From: a virus
Lineage: Duplodnaviria > Caudoviricetes
Reading direction: 5' to 3' (one strand)
IMG/VR virus record: IMGVR_UViG_3300031760_000001
Location: 128,001-192,000 of that record
DNA: 64,000 nt
Part shown: positions 9,001 through 18,447 of the stretch, piece by piece
How positions within the stretch are numbered: position 1 is the stretch's first letter
How the letters are laid out: each line of letters starts with the position of its first letter
Notes under the pieces: generated by a model
Databases searched by the model: none
The model's input: the letters and a program-made list of their open reading frames with translations, nothing else
What the model was told of the DNA's origin: nothing
Program-made: the position numbers and the translations under genes

Positions 9001-11104
9001 TTTGATTGCCATGTGTTGTAGCGGTACCTTTACAGGATATCCTAGTTAATGTTTGTTCTTTAAAAATTTTATATATATTATTAACTCTTTGGTCATTTAC
9101 TCCTAAATTAATTAAACTTTTGGATATACTATTGTCTACTTTTCCTGTTTTTAACAAATAAAACGCTGCAGCAACCTCAGCTAACGTATAAGTGTTCTCA
9201 TCAACTAAATTATTATTCAACTTGTAATTCAAATTGTAGTTTTTACTATCACTATAATTTGCACTACCTAATTTTTCGCTCTTATTCCTATTATCAACCC
9301 TGTATTTAAAATTACCCATTTGTATATCACTAGTTAATTTAACAGATGATATACCGTGGTCTTCATCACCTGTCATTTCATAACCCTTATATTTGGTTGT
9401 GTCTGTATATAATGTATTAATATCTTTATCATTTAACGCAATATCACCACTACTGTTTTTTTGTGTATAATGACCAAACAACAGATACATTATAGCATCA
9501 ACAGTTGAATTATTCTTTTTGTTTGAATATCTATCATCACGTCCAGAATAATCATTAGGGAAAAAAACGTTGAATTTAACTATAGTCGGTTTAGTAACAT
9601 TTTCTTGTTCTTGTTTTGTCACTACTCTTGTGTCTTTATCAGGTTTTACTATTGGTGGGTTTAAATTTATATATTCATCAGTTAAATATGTCGGTGTTGT
9701 ATGTAAACCACCAGTCATATCATTCTTATTGTCAACATCACCATCAAAACAACCAGCAAAATACCTCAGATAATCATTTTCAGCATTACCGTTTGCCCTA
9801 TCTTTTCCCTTGTTTTCCACAGCATCATCATTGTCAGTCCACCAACTGGCATAGTCAACAGAAGACGGATGGTCTGTCAACATAAGGAAACTCAAATTAC
9901 CTGTCCTTTCTGAATTGACATATGTGTACACAGGCTCACCCCTACCAATGAACTCATTGGAATTCCATTTTGCTGAAGCAGTTTCCTGTATCTGTATGTC
10001 ATATGGCGGAAACCACATAATCCTACCCCCGAATGGTCCCCTCTGCTCCCAGGACAACGCTTGTTCAAATGAATAAGGGTCATAATCCTTCCAAGCAAGA
10101 TTCTCAATTGAAAACATACAAGATTTGGTATGTATGTTTTTATTTTCGCCACCCAAATATTTAGGAGTTATATTAACAAGATTGGTTCCAGTGCCCTTTG
10201 GGTCAAGGACTGAATTCTGTCTTCTTCTGTCCTGATTATGTTTACTTCTCCAGGCATAGTCGTAATTCTCTCCATTAACTCCATATTCAGTCAAATCCTT
10301 ATGATGTCCATCGCCAACAAGTTTATTATCCTTATCATAGGTTTCAATCCCCCAAAAGAAATTTTCCCATGTGTTGATATCACCATTAGCACCCCTTATT
10401 GTCTTTTCAAAATTATCATATTTGTAATGATGTGTCCATACCCTACAATATGGGTCATCATATCCGTTTCTTGAATAAGGAGTACCACCATCAACAACTT
10501 CCTTTCTCAATAAGTTCCTACCATGTGATTCACCAAACTGTTTTGTACCAACCTGACCGTTATAATCAACACCATTGGTGTGAAACTGTGAAATAATAGT
10601 TTTTAGTTTATTATTACGCATCAGTCTCTTGGTCTTATATAAAATGGAATTCTTGTCTGTGTATTTACCAGTGAAATTAACCTGGTCATCCTTGATATTG
10701 TCATCATCTAAATACAAATTCTTGTTTTCACCACCAGCCTTCTGTATGCGAGTTGTCATCTCACCCATCTTTGAACCATCGTGTGCGTCAGTGACAAATT
10801 CCATATAGTTGGTACCCTTGGTATAACTTGGATAGAAAGCAGGGGTAGCGGTAGCATCACCGTCACCGTTACGATAGGCATTCTCACCGACAGTGTTCAA
10901 CGTGATTACCCTCTCATAAGCATTACGCATCATATGGAGGGTCATAAAATCATGATTCATTTTATTGAAATTACCGATGTTGGTTGATGTCAGTTCCACC
11001 TTCAACCCCCTGGCTATTGTCATTGCCGTATTGATTGTCATATCACGGAGAACTTCACCGAAGCTTCCCAATGAACCGCTTCCTATGTCATCATAACTTG
11101 CCAT
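6080..11104 (-). CDS. Large baseplate/tube-initiator-like virion protein with OmpA-like and CBM-like insertions
   Basis: 1674 aa. Tube-initiator-like segments GRIMWFPPYD...WNSNEFIGRGEPVYTYVNSERTGNLSF and AFGRPPYCVLRLGDFY...WDLNPEGNGVQPM; OmpA-like KGTATTHG..SNEQLVKDRA...INRRAE. Confidence 0.6.
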   Translation of the reverse strand: MASYDDIGSGSLGSFGEVLRDMTINTAMTIARGLKVELTSTNIGNFNKMNHDFMTLHMMRNAYERVITLNTVGENAYRNGDGDATATPAFYPSYTKGTNYMEFVTDAHDGSKMGEMTTRIQKAGGENKNLYLDDDNIKDDQVNFTGKYTDKNSILYKTKRLMRNNKLKTIISQFHTNGVDYNGQVGTKQFGESHGRNLLRKEVVDGGTPYSRNGYDDPYCRVWTHHYKYDNFEKTIRGANGDINTWENFFWGIETYDKDNKLVGDGHHKDLTEYGVNGENYDYAWRSKHNQDRRRQNSVLDPKGTGTNLVNITPKYLGGENKNIHTKSCMFSIENLAWKDYDPYSFEQALSWEQRGPFGGRIMWFPPYDIQIQETASAKWNSNEFIGRGEPVYTYVNSERTGNLSFLMLTDHPSSVDYASWWTDNDDAVENKGKDRANGNAENDYLRYFAGCFDGDVDNKNDMTGGLHTTPTYLTDEYINLNPPIVKPDKDTRVVTKQEQENVTKPTIVKFNVFFPNDYSGRDDRYSNKKNNSTVDAIMYLLFGHYTQKNSSGDIALNDKDINTLYTDTTKYKGYEMTGDEDHGISSVKLTSDIQMGNFKYRVDNRNKSEKLGSANYSDSKNYNLNYKLNNNLVDENTYTLAEVAAAFYLLKTGKVDNSISKSLINLGVNDQRVNNIYKIFKEQTLTRISCKGTATTHGNQKSNEQLVKDRATTIISWLKSYTQWNDIKIDPSDVADTSAQVIQFKNKADKGSVSSREAKINRRAECTMEFSTSETVEKTTTTIEEIESENGHPVYKGFTWMDSVLQPDGTMWHIYSKDKIIEYFTQEAKTNNNYDDGTKTDTPITDTTLLNIFKDRLFEPEKQSFIKTSPKYRGDYDNVNISKTTTPECVGFGFYIEGLDYSNDVRPVQYVYDGIFSYSKEAAYWKDNGLYVLKDDTVYRGEWDYDKFLNITDLRQYYNVGDIVMKKDDNDNEVYYTCLTNFEEKYIRYHDFDETKWDLITRDNIVENLKPLPYLYIDESWDAISSSDGHIDVGYIYYSEHLVDDKYYTEFKLCVGFQNPELVKSPSGGNCFTIIENWKILKQYMKNDYVTKDDDVYKCISSTATTRGKWVESEWEKVDDITDLWYDEFNENVSVCSGEYYNTSDTSPEAEKIRNSYYRKQRTPRWVDMYIWSNNLVDALDGIVCSKTNPTGKYDGLYPYKKDDICMNVFEGENFNLYYKLKEDYPYNPEIEFSLDDWEVIPDAETYQYTFNWELMAIVKKVAALLCKSVNETLKSILGIKDTDDDKDKYKEFIIDNNSDNRGDEFSCIWKYGKTNNLAEQVEDGMSLAVTSSRLEPESDPNNPTPAPPIKFSSDENNYMITMLEQKKTTLENITKLRTYVILYRLLDCITRVKDKSGERDVCDAPNDENMVLNKDRYSPFKDCSDELWVDRGDGMLIQGCYLINGNNGVMPRSSELNKIRYDQEYYFYKQYEIDHPLMFEKLQKKLKYFNPAFHSMTPEGFNARCTFLQQCTRQGNTKTMSDLNGRTANNLAFGRPPYCVLRLGDFYYQMIVIDNITFDYNVSEGLQWDLNPEGNGVQPMLCKVNISFKFIGGGDITGPVQRLQNAMSFNYYANTSFYDNRADRVEYQPTNWATMGGAGNDDVDTKKSYAYLAKNYDTTPDILKPKYSDVIK

Positions 11105-11153
11105 TATATGAAATATCTGTTAACTATATTATATATATTATCTATATTGTTTT

Positions 11154-14100
11154 TTATATATAATAAATATTATTTTCACTTTTTCCGTTGGCTTTTATAT
11201 TACCAGCCCTAAACGCTAATGCTAATGTTTGTATGAATTTACCTGGATTATTTCTAAACTCTGTGTTCATCATATCAATATTATATGTTGCACCATTAAG
11301 TTTAAATTCCACACTACCTCCAAGATTAACATTAACATCATTTGATTGGGCGTTATTTTTTGATAATAAAGCATATAACCCTGGTATAAGAACTTGCAAT
11401 ATTTTATCTATTGGACCGTTAGGCATTGCTGCTAAATATTGGTCAGTATTAGCCGTCCTGACATTAAATCTACCGTCATTTATTGACCTCACATTACTTG
11501 CACCTGATATAATACCACCATTTGTATTTCCAACACCATCTTTAGTACCCCGTGGTCTCCAGAATGTATAACTGTCTCTTAACCACACTGATGTAGTATC
11601 GTTAAAAGGTATTCTTGATTGTCCTTGAGCTTCAGCCATTTCATCTAAACTTCTATCCAGTCTATGTAGTAGCTCAGATATTTGACTTTGACGAGTTACT
11701 GTAACTTCTTCTTCACCATTTAATATATGTGCCACTCTTGACATTACAGGGTCATTTTTATATGTATTATATAAGTTTTCTATTAATTTATCACGTTTAG
11801 TTTTATCTTCTTCATTAGTTATTGCAGCTATTGAAGCTACCAATTCACCCATTTTATTTATACCACCCTCTTCTAAAGCTTGTAGAATGTTTTTTTCAGC
11901 TTCACTTATAATACCAATCTGTGCAATATTTTTTTTAACAGTATTTCTATAATCTTCAATTAATGGTTGATTATTGTTAATAAAGTCTAATGTTGTTTGT
12001 GCTTCAACTGCCGCTATATCAGCAGTTTCCAGCATTGATTTACCTAATTCAGATATATATGTCTGACTACTAAGTAATTTGTTTTGTGTTTGAATATTTT
12101 TATCAGAAGCTTCTTTTGCAAGAGGATATAGCATACTACCAGCAACTGCTTGAAAATATTTAACACTTATTTCTTCAAGTTCAACCATGCTTCTAGTATT
12201 TTTAGCAATATCAATCAAACTATCCTTTTCATTATTTGGTAATAATATTCTAGCACGTTGTTTATCGGTCATATTAGCAATATCCTCCATCTTCATAGGA
12301 CCGTTTATTGTTTTAACTTTCCATGATAATGTTTTATTATCCCATTCAGCCCTGTTGCCAATTTCAGCTCTAGTATCTTTATCTAAATTAAATCCACTTA
12401 AAACTTTATCTATCATACCTTGTTTACGATTCTGACGAATTATGTCACGTGCTTCGCCTTGGTCCATTCCTAATATCTTCGCACGTTCATTAATCATCTT
12501 GTTTTCAAACCAATCATCAAAAACAAACTCACCTGTCTCTGCATCAAACCTAGGATTTATATCACTGAATATTGCAGCCATTCTCTTAGCCATATCACCA
12601 ACATCTGCACCAGCATCATACATCATTCCAAACGGGTCTGAATATGTTGCAGCCGCACCACCCAACACCTGTAATTTAGCCGATGTCTCAAGTACGTCAC
12701 TTAATGAACCATTGACCAATTTATCAGCAAAGGATGTAGCTGTGCTCAGATTGAAACGTGTCTGTTGTGCCCACTTACTCAATTCCATCATATTTTTAAG
12801 GCCACCTTTGAAATTGTATTTTTGTGCCAGTTTAAGATTGTTAGTTAAATCTTTAGCAAATTTAGTTGTTGATAACCCCATTTTAGTAATAGTATGATAC
12901 ATGTTGGTAAACATTTTATAACTAGTATCCATTGAAACATTAAAGATGTTCATAGTACCCATTAAACCAGCAACTTCACCCTGTGATATTCCAAAAGTCC
13001 TTGACATTGCTGTCATTTGGTTGTAGTTATCTCCTGTCAACAATAAACTTCTACTTGAATTATTAACAAAACTATCTTGCATTGATTTCATTTCTTCCCC
13101 TGTAATACCAAAAATTCTAGCAGTTTGAATTGCGGTCTTACGCATTGCTGAAGCAAATTTATCACCACTATATCCGAAAGTTAAACCAAGGTTTCTATAA
13201 ATTTTATCACTTGTTCTGATATTATCATTAAGTGCATCAGCCGCCTCATCTATACCATCAACGAGTTTTTTTACTTTATCAATAACTTGTGTAATATTTC
13301 CCATTAATGTTTTGAAAATTTCATTTTCCTGTTTCTTTTTAGATAAATTAAAATCTTTATAAGCTGTGTCTATTGCTGTTTGGGTTTCTATAACATTAGC
13401 ACTTATATTCGTTACAGCCCCAACAATTGCACCAACCATTAACCCCATTGGACCAAACAAAGCTCCAACACCCATGGCAACATTACCAACACCTTTTATT
13501 AAAGATGAACTTGCACCAGATACTTCCTTTTCCTGTTTAATCATTCGTTCAGTTTCAGCTACATTGAATTCCCTCATAGCCATCTGAGTCTGGGTAAACA
13601 ATTTAATTCTAGCCGCTGCCTCAGTTTTAGCCCCCTGTCTTAAACTCCTAGCAGCTTCGGTAGCTGTTTTAGTAGTAAATGCCGTTATTGTTGTTACTAC
13701 ATTATCAGCCACAACATTAGTCATTTCCATGTTAGCTTGGAATATTTTTTGGGTCTGGTCAAATAAATTTTTCCGTTCCTGTAAAGCTGATTTCTTATAT
13801 GCAACATCAATATCAACACCAGCTTTAATGCTTTGGGTTATTCCTGAAACAATATTAGTAATCTCCTTCATCAAATCAGCAAAACCCATTGCAATATCTT
13901 TTTTAGAGATACCAAATTGAACTCTTTCTTGTTCGTCACTTAAGTCTTTAATTTTTTTTCTAACACTTCTCTTGTTAGAATATTTACTATTTCTTAAGTC
14001 TTCAATTTGTCTTTGTAAATCATCTATTTTATCTTGTTTACTTTGTTTAGATAAATTGTTAAAATATTCACGCCTAGCATCTTTATCAATAGGTTTAGTG

Positions 14101-14210
14101 AAATCACCAATATTTCTACCTTGACTATCATAATTAGGTACTTTATTAAATCCTTCGGCGATTCCCTTTATTATTGATTCTTTTAAATCTTTTAATTGTT
14201 CATCAGTCAT
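11154..14210 (-). CDS. Tail tape measure protein
   Basis: 1018 aa, helical and A/G/M-rich, with a hydrophobic GVGALFGPMGLMVGAIVGAV stretch; canonical position after the gp26-like gene. Confidence 0.8.
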   Translation of the reverse strand: MTDEQLKDLKESIIKGIAEGFNKVPNYDSQGRNIGDFTKPIDKDARREYFNNLSKQSKQDKIDDLQRQIEDLRNSKYSNKRSVRKKIKDLSDEQERVQFGISKKDIAMGFADLMKEITNIVSGITQSIKAGVDIDVAYKKSALQERKNLFDQTQKIFQANMEMTNVVADNVVTTITAFTTKTATEAARSLRQGAKTEAAARIKLFTQTQMAMREFNVAETERMIKQEKEVSGASSSLIKGVGNVAMGVGALFGPMGLMVGAIVGAVTNISANVIETQTAIDTAYKDFNLSKKKQENEIFKTLMGNITQVIDKVKKLVDGIDEAADALNDNIRTSDKIYRNLGLTFGYSGDKFASAMRKTAIQTARIFGITGEEMKSMQDSFVNNSSRSLLLTGDNYNQMTAMSRTFGISQGEVAGLMGTMNIFNVSMDTSYKMFTNMYHTITKMGLSTTKFAKDLTNNLKLAQKYNFKGGLKNMMELSKWAQQTRFNLSTATSFADKLVNGSLSDVLETSAKLQVLGGAAATYSDPFGMMYDAGADVGDMAKRMAAIFSDINPRFDAETGEFVFDDWFENKMINERAKILGMDQGEARDIIRQNRKQGMIDKVLSGFNLDKDTRAEIGNRAEWDNKTLSWKVKTINGPMKMEDIANMTDKQRARILLPNNEKDSLIDIAKNTRSMVELEEISVKYFQAVAGSMLYPLAKEASDKNIQTQNKLLSSQTYISELGKSMLETADIAAVEAQTTLDFINNNQPLIEDYRNTVKKNIAQIGIISEAEKNILQALEEGGINKMGELVASIAAITNEEDKTKRDKLIENLYNTYKNDPVMSRVAHILNGEEEVTVTRQSQISELLHRLDRSLDEMAEAQGQSRIPFNDTTSVWLRDSYTFWRPRGTKDGVGNTNGGIISGASNVRSINDGRFNVRTANTDQYLAAMPNGPIDKILQVLIPGLYALLSKNNAQSNDVNVNLGGSVEFKLNGATYNIDMMNTEFRNNPGKFIQTLALAFRAGNIKANGKSENNIYYI

Positions 14211-14257
14211 CTTGAATACATATATTTACTTAAATATAAATAGAAAAAAGACAACTT

Positions 14258-14434
14258 TTATGTTGTCTTTCTCTTCATTTCCTCATTTTCCTCCTCAATC
14301 ATCTTGTTATGTACATTTATCAAGTCTCTCCTGAACATCACAGGCATATCATACAATTCATTAAACGGTATTTTCAAATTTTTATGTACACTGTAAAGTT
14401 CAGTTTGTAAATTTTTCTCATAATTATCATACAT
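14258..14434 (-). CDS. Small tail-assembly chaperone-like protein (58 aa)
   Basis: ATG at 14434 overlaps the end of the gp26-like gene; LKIPFNELYDMPVMFRR resembles the small ORFs that precede tape measure genes. Confidence 0.6.
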   Translation of the reverse strand: MYDNYEKNLQTELYSVHKNLKIPFNELYDMPVMFRRDLINVHNKMIEEENEEMKRKTT

Positions 14435-16013
14435 TAACGAAAATAGTTTCTCCGATTGATAGAAAGGTGTCAAAAGAGCCACCTCCCATTGACTCAGGAA
14501 TTGGAATTGTTATATTAAGGTCTACACCTGGTACATTTTCATTTGTATATTTTCTATATTCAATAGCATCTTTTGCTCTCATATTTTCAATATATCCCTT
14601 GATAAATTCCCTATCTTCATTTCCATTGACTGACATTGTTTGAGCAACCATCCTGTCAGTGATATATGTTGAATAAACCTCCTGTTCAGCTTCATCTGAA
14701 TTAAAATTAACTTTAAGGCACCAGTTTTTAACAAGTTTCAAAGCCTCAATAACTTCATCTTTATCATTATTATCCAACCCGTTAATATATTCAATTGATT
14801 TATTCATATTTTCAACAATACTAGACCTTTGAATAATATCTTGCGCCAACATATTGTTTTTAATTAAGTTAGTCTCTTCACCGTATGTTAAAATCTTAAA
14901 TTTAAGTTCATCACCACTAACAGTTGTGTATTTAAACCAACCATTTTCATCACCTTTCAAATTGAAATCAAGGAATTTTACATCAGATAAGTCAACAGTA
15001 CTCTGAATTTCCTCACCCTGATATGTTGCTACAATAGGATATTCACTTCCATAGGCAGTTGCACGTAACCAAATTGCAATAGCATCTCTATCACCTTTAC
15101 ACAAATCCTTAACTCTAATTGATTTATCTAAAATTTTACGTTCAAGAATAATATCAATCATACTGCCATTTTCATACATATTACGGGAAGTAATAAGGTT
15201 TTCATCAGCCGCAGTTAAATAAGCCACTGGAATATTACCTTTCTTATGTGAATAACACTCACCCTTTGATGGTAAAGGAATAACATCATATTGTACATAA
15301 CTTGGAACATCCCTTGGGTCGAAGTCTTCACAAAACTTAATATCAGTTGGTTTATTCATTAGTTTAACTTCACTAACAACTTCTTTAACTGTATTTTCTT
15401 CCTTTTCAAATGCTTTGTTAACATCACCATCATCACCTATAGGTTTTCCAAGGTCTTCCAGAGGAATGTCATCAAACGTCTCGCCAATTGGCTCCAGTGT
15501 AATGTCACCAGCATTCGGTGCAATGATTTCCTCAGGCGGTACATCATTCATAACCTCAACCTTTTCAACATCCTTTGTCTTTGAATTAATTTTTTTAAGT
15601 TTTTCGGTTAATTCAGCCAACTTTGACTTTGGTTTGGCTGCTGTCTTAGCCACATTCTTAACTTCATTTGTTATATCTTTCTTATGAAGTTCCTCGTCAC
15701 TCTTGCCCTGTCTTTTCAGACGGTCATAATAAGCCTTTTCCTCTTTCGGGTTAACTTTATTGTAAGGCTTTGACTCAACCTCACGCTTGCTGGCACCAAG
15801 ATATGACTGGGCACGTTCAAGATTCTGTTCCTTTGCTATGTCAATATCGCCAAGAAGCTGTTCAGTGGTATCGCTATCCTCACCATATCTTTCAATAATG
15901 TTTGCCTTTGCAGCCTCAAGCATTTCATTTGATGCTCTTAATTGGGCAATTTGTTTGTCCCTAAGTTTTCTTTTTGCGTTCAACGCTCTCTGTTGTTCTT
16001 CTTTTGTAGGCAT
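14427..16013 (-). CDS. Baseplate hub assembly protein, T4 gp26-like, with long N-terminal extension
   Basis: YDVIPLPSKGECY...VAYLTAADENLITS...DLCKGDRDAIAIWLRATAYG. Confidence 0.7.
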   Translation of the reverse strand: MPTKEEQQRALNAKRKLRDKQIAQLRASNEMLEAAKANIIERYGEDSDTTEQLLGDIDIAKEQNLERAQSYLGASKREVESKPYNKVNPKEEKAYYDRLKRQGKSDEELHKKDITNEVKNVAKTAAKPKSKLAELTEKLKKINSKTKDVEKVEVMNDVPPEEIIAPNAGDITLEPIGETFDDIPLEDLGKPIGDDGDVNKAFEKEENTVKEVVSEVKLMNKPTDIKFCEDFDPRDVPSYVQYDVIPLPSKGECYSHKKGNIPVAYLTAADENLITSRNMYENGSMIDIILERKILDKSIRVKDLCKGDRDAIAIWLRATAYGSEYPIVATYQGEEIQSTVDLSDVKFLDFNLKGDENGWFKYTTVSGDELKFKILTYGEETNLIKNNMLAQDIIQRSSIVENMNKSIEYINGLDNNDKDEVIEALKLVKNWCLKVNFNSDEAEQEVYSTYITDRMVAQTMSVNGNEDREFIKGYIENMRAKDAIEYRKYTNENVPGVDLNITIPIPESMGGGSFDTFLSIGETIFVNV

Positions 16014-16015
16014 GT

Positions 16016-16645
16016 TTATTCACGGTTTTTTAAAAAAATTATTTCATCAACCAAAAATGCAAATGTGTGGTTGTTCACTATGTCAATCATCTTGGTATCT
16101 TTAAGCAATGCGCTTGACTTGTTTCCTGGAAATTCAAGTTTAAGGTCTCTTTTTGTAAAACCAGTTATCTTTTCCTCGTCGGTCATTTCAACACAATTGT
16201 TGATTTTGCTTGTCTCACGAATCCAACCCTTAATTTCAGGTTCAAGTTCCTCGTTCTTTTCAAATATAGGTAATTGAAGGTCGATAATGAACATTTCACC
16301 GTTCTTGTAATAATTAATAAGGTCTTCGATATAGATTTCCTTGTTATCCATATCCCTAACAATCGCTTTGGTATCGGTGAAGTACACATTCTGTTGTTTG
16401 TAATTTGTCTTTTCCTTTTCACCCTCGTTGTTTATAGCCAAATTCTGACCCATCCTGTGGATATTCCTGTCAATGACTGGTTTGTATTTCTTGTAGACGG
16501 AAACCATTTTCTTTTCATAATCCTGTTTCATTTTTTTCCATTGGATTACGGATTCCTCAGTACCGTCGAAAACAAACTCCTTGCTACAGTCGAAATCGTG
16601 GTCTGGGTCTGAATAATTGTATGGCACTTTCAATATTGCTTCCAT
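16016..16645 (-). CDS. Hypothetical protein
   Basis: 209-aa ORF ending 2 nt before the next gene's start. Confidence 0.6.
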   Translation of the reverse strand: MEAILKVPYNYSDPDHDFDCSKEFVFDGTEESVIQWKKMKQDYEKKMVSVYKKYKPVIDRNIHRMGQNLAINNEGEKEKTNYKQQNVYFTDTKAIVRDMDNKEIYIEDLINYYKNGEMFIIDLQLPIFEKNEELEPEIKGWIRETSKINNCVEMTDEEKITGFTKRDLKLEFPGNKSSALLKDTKMIDIVNNHTFAFLVDEIIFLKNRE

Positions 16646-16710
16646 AATATTATACTTTGTTTATTCATTAATATATACATAAAACAGTAAAAATATCAAA
16701 TAAAATTAAA

Positions 16711-17292
16711 TTAATGCGGTTTTCTTTTATTTTCCTTTATCCTTTTTTTCTTGTATCCCTCTCCCAGGTATTTGTATAGTTCGTCAAAAACTTTTTTCGG
16801 ATTATTCCTTATGTCATATTCCCAAATTCTCAATAACGGCATACCGTGTAATCCACTCCACCTGTCTTTGATAAAATCCACCACTTTATTGTGTTTCTGC
16901 ATCGGGTTCAATTTCCTTTCATTAACAACACGCGGGTCTGAATGATAGAATCCTCCGTCAACTTCAATCAGGAAACTAATAGGAACATTCTGCCCTTCCT
17001 GTTTTATGCAAGTGATTCCGTCTTTTTCCTCCATAATAAAATTCACATCATTATATGAAGTGACAGCAAAATCAAAAAACCTGCCGATATCTTTCGCCTC
17101 ATATTGGTATATATATTTCACATCCAATTTATCGAGAAAATCCCTGGCAAAATCAAGTTCAAGTTTTGATGTACCGTATTTCTGTTTTGCTGTGCGTTTT
17201 ACAGCACGTCCTTTCGGTCCTTTGACCAACTTCACTTTTCTTTCGTTTTTAATAGGAACAGCATTGGATTTTTTTATTGGTTGTGACTTCAT
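16711..17292 (-). CDS. Vsr/DUF559-like PD-(D/E)xK endonuclease
   Basis: FFDFAV...LIEVDGGFYHSDP...D.IKDRW...GMPLLRIWEYDI; basic N-terminus. Confidence 0.75.
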   Translation of the reverse strand: MKSQPIKKSNAVPIKNERKVKLVKGPKGRAVKRTAKQKYGTSKLELDFARDFLDKLDVKYIYQYEAKDIGRFFDFAVTSYNDVNFIMEEKDGITCIKQEGQNVPISFLIEVDGGFYHSDPRVVNERKLNPMQKHNKVVDFIKDRWSGLHGMPLLRIWEYDIRNNPKKVFDELYKYLGEGYKKKRIKENKRKPH

Positions 17293-17336
17293 TTTTCTAT
17301 TTTTTTAAATAATTAGTCATTTTTTTAAAAGTCATA

Positions 17337-17343
17337 TATTTAT
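17337..17343 (+). promoter_or_regulatory. TATTTAT late-type promoter motif
   Basis: Same 7-mer recurs shortly upstream of most virion genes on the coding strand (see findings). Confidence 0.55.
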
Positions 17344-17380
17344 TAATATATAATAAAAGAATTTAAAGTACTTTAATAAT

Positions 17381-17797
17381 ATGGCTAATAAAAATGATTC
17401 AAAACAACTCATTTCTGAAATGAAAGAAATGTTGAACAAGTCAAGTAAAAGAAAAATGACTTTGGAAGGACTTGTTTATGGTGAAGATGGTGAGGAAATG
17501 ATGAATGACCAGATGGGTGCACCTGCACCAGAAAGTAATGCCCCAACGCCTGGAGCACCAGAACAACAGGGACAGATGCAGGGACAGGCACAGATGCCTG
17601 GCATGGAAAACAAAGAACCAAACGCACTTGACGGTGACCCAGAAATTACCAAACTCATAACCAACATCCGTGTACAGACACTTGAAGGTTTGAGAAGGCT
17701 TGCCGAGACACCTGAAAGCCCACAATATGATTTATTGAAAAAAATATTCCTTTTGGTTGACAAGGCTGTTGAAGATAAAGTTGACCCAGAAAAATAA
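17381..17797 (+). CDS. Hypothetical virion/scaffold-like protein with Q/M/P-rich linker
   Basis: 138 aa; preceded by TATTTAT; low-complexity middle. Confidence 0.6.
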   Translation: MANKNDSKQLISEMKEMLNKSSKRKMTLEGLVYGEDGEEMMNDQMGAPAPESNAPTPGAPEQQGQMQGQAQMPGMENKEPNALDGDPEITKLITNIRVQTLEGLRRLAETPESPQYDLLKKIFLLVDKAVEDKVDPEK

Positions 17798-17806
17798 TTT
17801 TCAATA

Positions 17807-17813
17807 TATTTAT
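17807..17813 (+). promoter_or_regulatory. TATTTAT late-type promoter motif upstream of the tail tube gene
   Basis: ATATTTATTA about 30 nt before ATG 17845. Confidence 0.55.
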
Positions 17814-17844
17814 TATTAAATAAAAATTAAATTTAAAGAGAGAT

Positions 17845-18333
17845 ATGTCTGATTTGTTAATTAAAGCTCCTGTAACTTATGAGTTATTGAGAAAAAATAG
17901 ATTTTTGCTTAGATTCCCTTCTGACTTGGGAATTCAGGAATGGTGGGTTCTCAGTTGTTCACGTCCTGGTATCACCCAGACTTCAGTTGAAATTCCTTTT
18001 ATGAACACCAGCAACTACGTTGTAGGTCGTTACAACTGGGAAGAAATCAATGTTACATTGCGTGACCCTATTGGACCATCAGCATCACAGGCTGTAATGG
18101 AATGGGTACGTTTGCACTCAGAATCAGTGACTGGTCGTCAAGGTTACGCTGTTGCTTACAAGAGAGACCTTATTCTTGAAATGCTTGACCCAACAGGTAC
18201 AGCAGTTTCACAGTGGATTATCAAGGAAGCTTTCATCACATCCGCAAAATTCAGTGAATTGGATTACAGTGGTGATGATGTTGCAACTATTGACCTTACC
18301 TTACGTCCATTCTATTGTATATTAGCATTCTAA
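17845..18333 (+). CDS. Tail tube protein (T4 gp19-like)
   Basis: KNRFLLRFP...RPGI...EIPFMN...GRYNWEEINVTLRDPIGPSASQAVMEW...YKRDLILEMLDPTG...W...FSELDYS. Confidence 0.88.
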   Translation: MSDLLIKAPVTYELLRKNRFLLRFPSDLGIQEWWVLSCSRPGITQTSVEIPFMNTSNYVVGRYNWEEINVTLRDPIGPSASQAVMEWVRLHSESVTGRQGYAVAYKRDLILEMLDPTGTAVSQWIIKEAFITSAKFSELDYSGDDVATIDLTLRPFYCILAF

Positions 18334-18363
18334 AATTCTACTAAAATAATTATTTGTTCTCAT

Positions 18364-18402
18364 TCAACATGTTTTTTTTAAGAACATGTTGATTTTTTTT
18401 TA
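18364..18402 (+). terminator. Intrinsic terminator
   Basis: TCAACATGTT...AACATGTTGA stem followed by a long T run. Confidence 0.75.
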
Positions 18403-18447
18403 TACTGTATTATATTATTAATATAATAAATAAAAACAATTGTTTAT

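Noticed and set aside
11188-13920. Antisense ORFs opposite the tape measure gene (and similar shadow ORFs elsewhere)
   Set aside because: Shadow frames produced by codon bias; no motifs or plausible initiation context.
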